Part shown: in pieces, positions 62,776-64,000 of the stretch
Numbering within the stretch: position 1 is the first letter of the stretch
How the letters are laid out: each line of letters begins with the position of its first letter
Assembly: GCA_964343795.1 (NCBI GenBank)
Contig: CAYFKD010000003.1
Coordinates: forward strand, 260,669-324,668
Source: an uncultured Pseudohongiella sp.
GTDB taxonomy: Bacteria; Pseudomonadota; Gammaproteobacteria; Pseudomonadales; Pseudohongiellaceae
DNA length: 64,000 nt
Direction: 5' to 3'
The notes under the pieces: generated by a model
Told to the model about the DNA's origin: nothing
Databases searched by the model: none
Seen by the model: only the letters and a program-made list of their open reading frames with translations
Position numbers and translations under genes: made by a program

Positions 62776-64000
62776 TCAGAAAGTGGTGCGGACTTTCAAT
62801 GCCAACTGCAGGCCGTTGCCGTTACAGAAATCTTCGATTTCCTCCACGATGCCATTCGCCGTAGCGCCTTCGTAACGGGTGCGGATTCGGCAGAACTTGG
62901 AATCCAGCAGGTTGCGTGCTTCGAAGCGGAAGGTGATGTCTTCGAACGCGGTTTTTTCCACGAAGGCGAACATCTCCGGGTCATTGATGCGGCGTTCCGT
63001 GTCTTCGATGTCAATTTCCGTGCGTCCGCTGCCACCGTTGGAGTTATGAGAGTAATTGAAACCGTAACTCATCCCATATTGCGGTACGTCATGACGGAAA
63101 CCGGTGCGCAGAGACCAGCGACCATTATTGCGCTGACGCCGCTTGATGCCGAGAAAGGGATCGATCACCTCGGAATCCCGTAGCCCGATGCCGGTAGTCA
63201 GCAGGGCATTGGGCAGGCCCAGGTAACCCAGGCGTGTGCTCACATCCAGGTTCATACCGTAGCGTTTGCCGTCACCGATATTGCCACGGGCTGACTGCAG
63301 GTCATCCGGGCTGGGGGAGACATCAACTCGGTCAATAACGTCTTCCAGGTCGCGATAGTAAAATTGGGTGTTTACCACACCGGCGTCATTGGGCAGGCGC
63401 ATTTCCACGTTGAGTTCATAACGCCAGGACTGTTCCTGGCGAATCTCGGGGTTACCGAACTGGGTGTCCTTGTCTTCATCGGAGTTATCCGAGGATGCAC
63501 TGAAATCGGAAAAACTGAGCTGGGATACTTCTTTTTCTACGCCGGCCCGGAGCTGTAAAGACGGGGTGATGTCGAAGCGGTAGTCCACCTTGGGGCGGAC
63601 GAACTGGAAACTGCGGGAATTGATCACGTCCCCGGATTGTTCGATGGTGGAGTCTTCGAACACCAGGGTGCTCTCCAGGGTCATGCGCGGATTGATCTGC
63701 CAGTTGTGCACCGCGAAAGGCTCATAGCGAATTTCTTCCACCTGGGACTTGGCATTAGTCACGTCGATAGGCACGAGCCCACCATGGTCCGCAGATGTCT
63801 CCAGGCCTTCGATGTTCAGGCCCAGGCGCAGGTCGTTGTTGCGAATGGTCTGGGCGCCTTCGACGCCCATTTCCAGGCCCTGGTTCTCGTTCAGGTCCCA
63901 GGTATAGGAGCTGCGTACAATGCGTTCCCGGTCCCGGCCAAAATTAAAGATGAACAGGTTTTTTTCGCTTTCACCGTCGATGACGTTGAAGCGGTTGCGC
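62776..64000 (-). CDS. TonB-dependent receptor, C-terminal barrel (5' end outside the window)
   Basis: The frame stays open to the window edge beyond the listed Met. The pattern is beta-barrel-like and the sequence ends in a terminal Phe (KVRTTF). Confidence 0.8.
   Translation of the reverse strand, partial: RNRFNVIDGESEKNLFIFNFGRDRERIVRSSYTWDLNENQGLEMGVEGAQTIRNNDLRLGLNIEGLETSADHGGLVPIDVTNAKSQVEEIRYEPFAVHNWQINPRMTLESTLVFEDSTIEQSGDVINSRSFQFVRPKVDYRFDITPSLQLRAGVEKEVSQLSFSDFSASSDNSDEDKDTQFGNPEIRQEQSWRYELNVEMRLPNDAGVVNTQFYYRDLEDVIDRVDVSPSPDDLQSARGNIGDGKRYGMNLDVSTRLGYLGLPNALLTTGIGLRDSEVIDPFLGIKRRQRNNGRWSLRTGFRHDVPQYGMSYGFNYSHNSNGGSGRTEIDIEDTERRINDPEMFAFVEKTAFEDITFRFEARNLLDSKFCRIRTRYEGATANGIVEEIEDFCNGNGLQLALKVRTTF

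Overview
This is a 64-kb chromosomal segment from a Gram-negative, probably marine gammaproteobacterium. That placement is inferred only from gene content (TonB, a TonB-dependent receptor, DsbA, a LolA-like protein, RND, SorAB, PQQ-ADH). No database search was possible, so every product call comes from reading family motifs in the supplied translations. Most of the window is ordinary, fairly GC-rich housekeeping or accessory DNA: MacB-type permease, amidase, Fpr, a DAACS symporter, SorAB sulfite dehydrogenase, an RND/LolA-like/beta-barrel exporter cluster, an SdpR-SdpI pair, GlcD-like oxidase, SDR, nitroreductase, two FAH-family proteins, Tag, cytochrome P460, DsbA, GGT, PQQ-dehydrogenase, YeeE/ArsR/DsrE-like sulfur genes and an acyltransferase-3. 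Six things stand out. (1) A visibly AT-rich, integrase-less islet of about 4.4 kb sits in the 3' half of a tRNA-Arg(TCG) gene (32598-37070). It carries a stand-alone reverse transcriptase. The upstream region of that gene is a terminally redundant R-U-R unit: a 147-bp perfect direct repeat with a 399-bp period (133 codons). One frame is stop-free exactly across the structure, so a head-to-tail concatemer would be an endless ORF. This is my top candidate for an undescribed RT/ncRNA system. (2) A dispersed structured element of about 131-151 nt occurs three times, twice in tandem in front of the tRNA-Arg and once after macB. Its hairpins show compensatory substitutions and their loops fit the CsrA-binding consensus (NNCA-KGGA-TGNN). 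Each copy is bounded by a duplication of the end of the neighbouring gene. (3) Two genes have an in-frame TGA inside a UxxC redox motif followed by a SECIS-like hairpin: a GrdB-like protein and a redoxin-DsbD_N fusion. (4) One 20-bp palindromic operator is shared by an ArsR-family gene and the operon that contains the selenoprotein redoxin. (5) A near-consensus LexA box lies in front of tag. (6) A CACAAA-rich palindromic intergenic repeat family is present.
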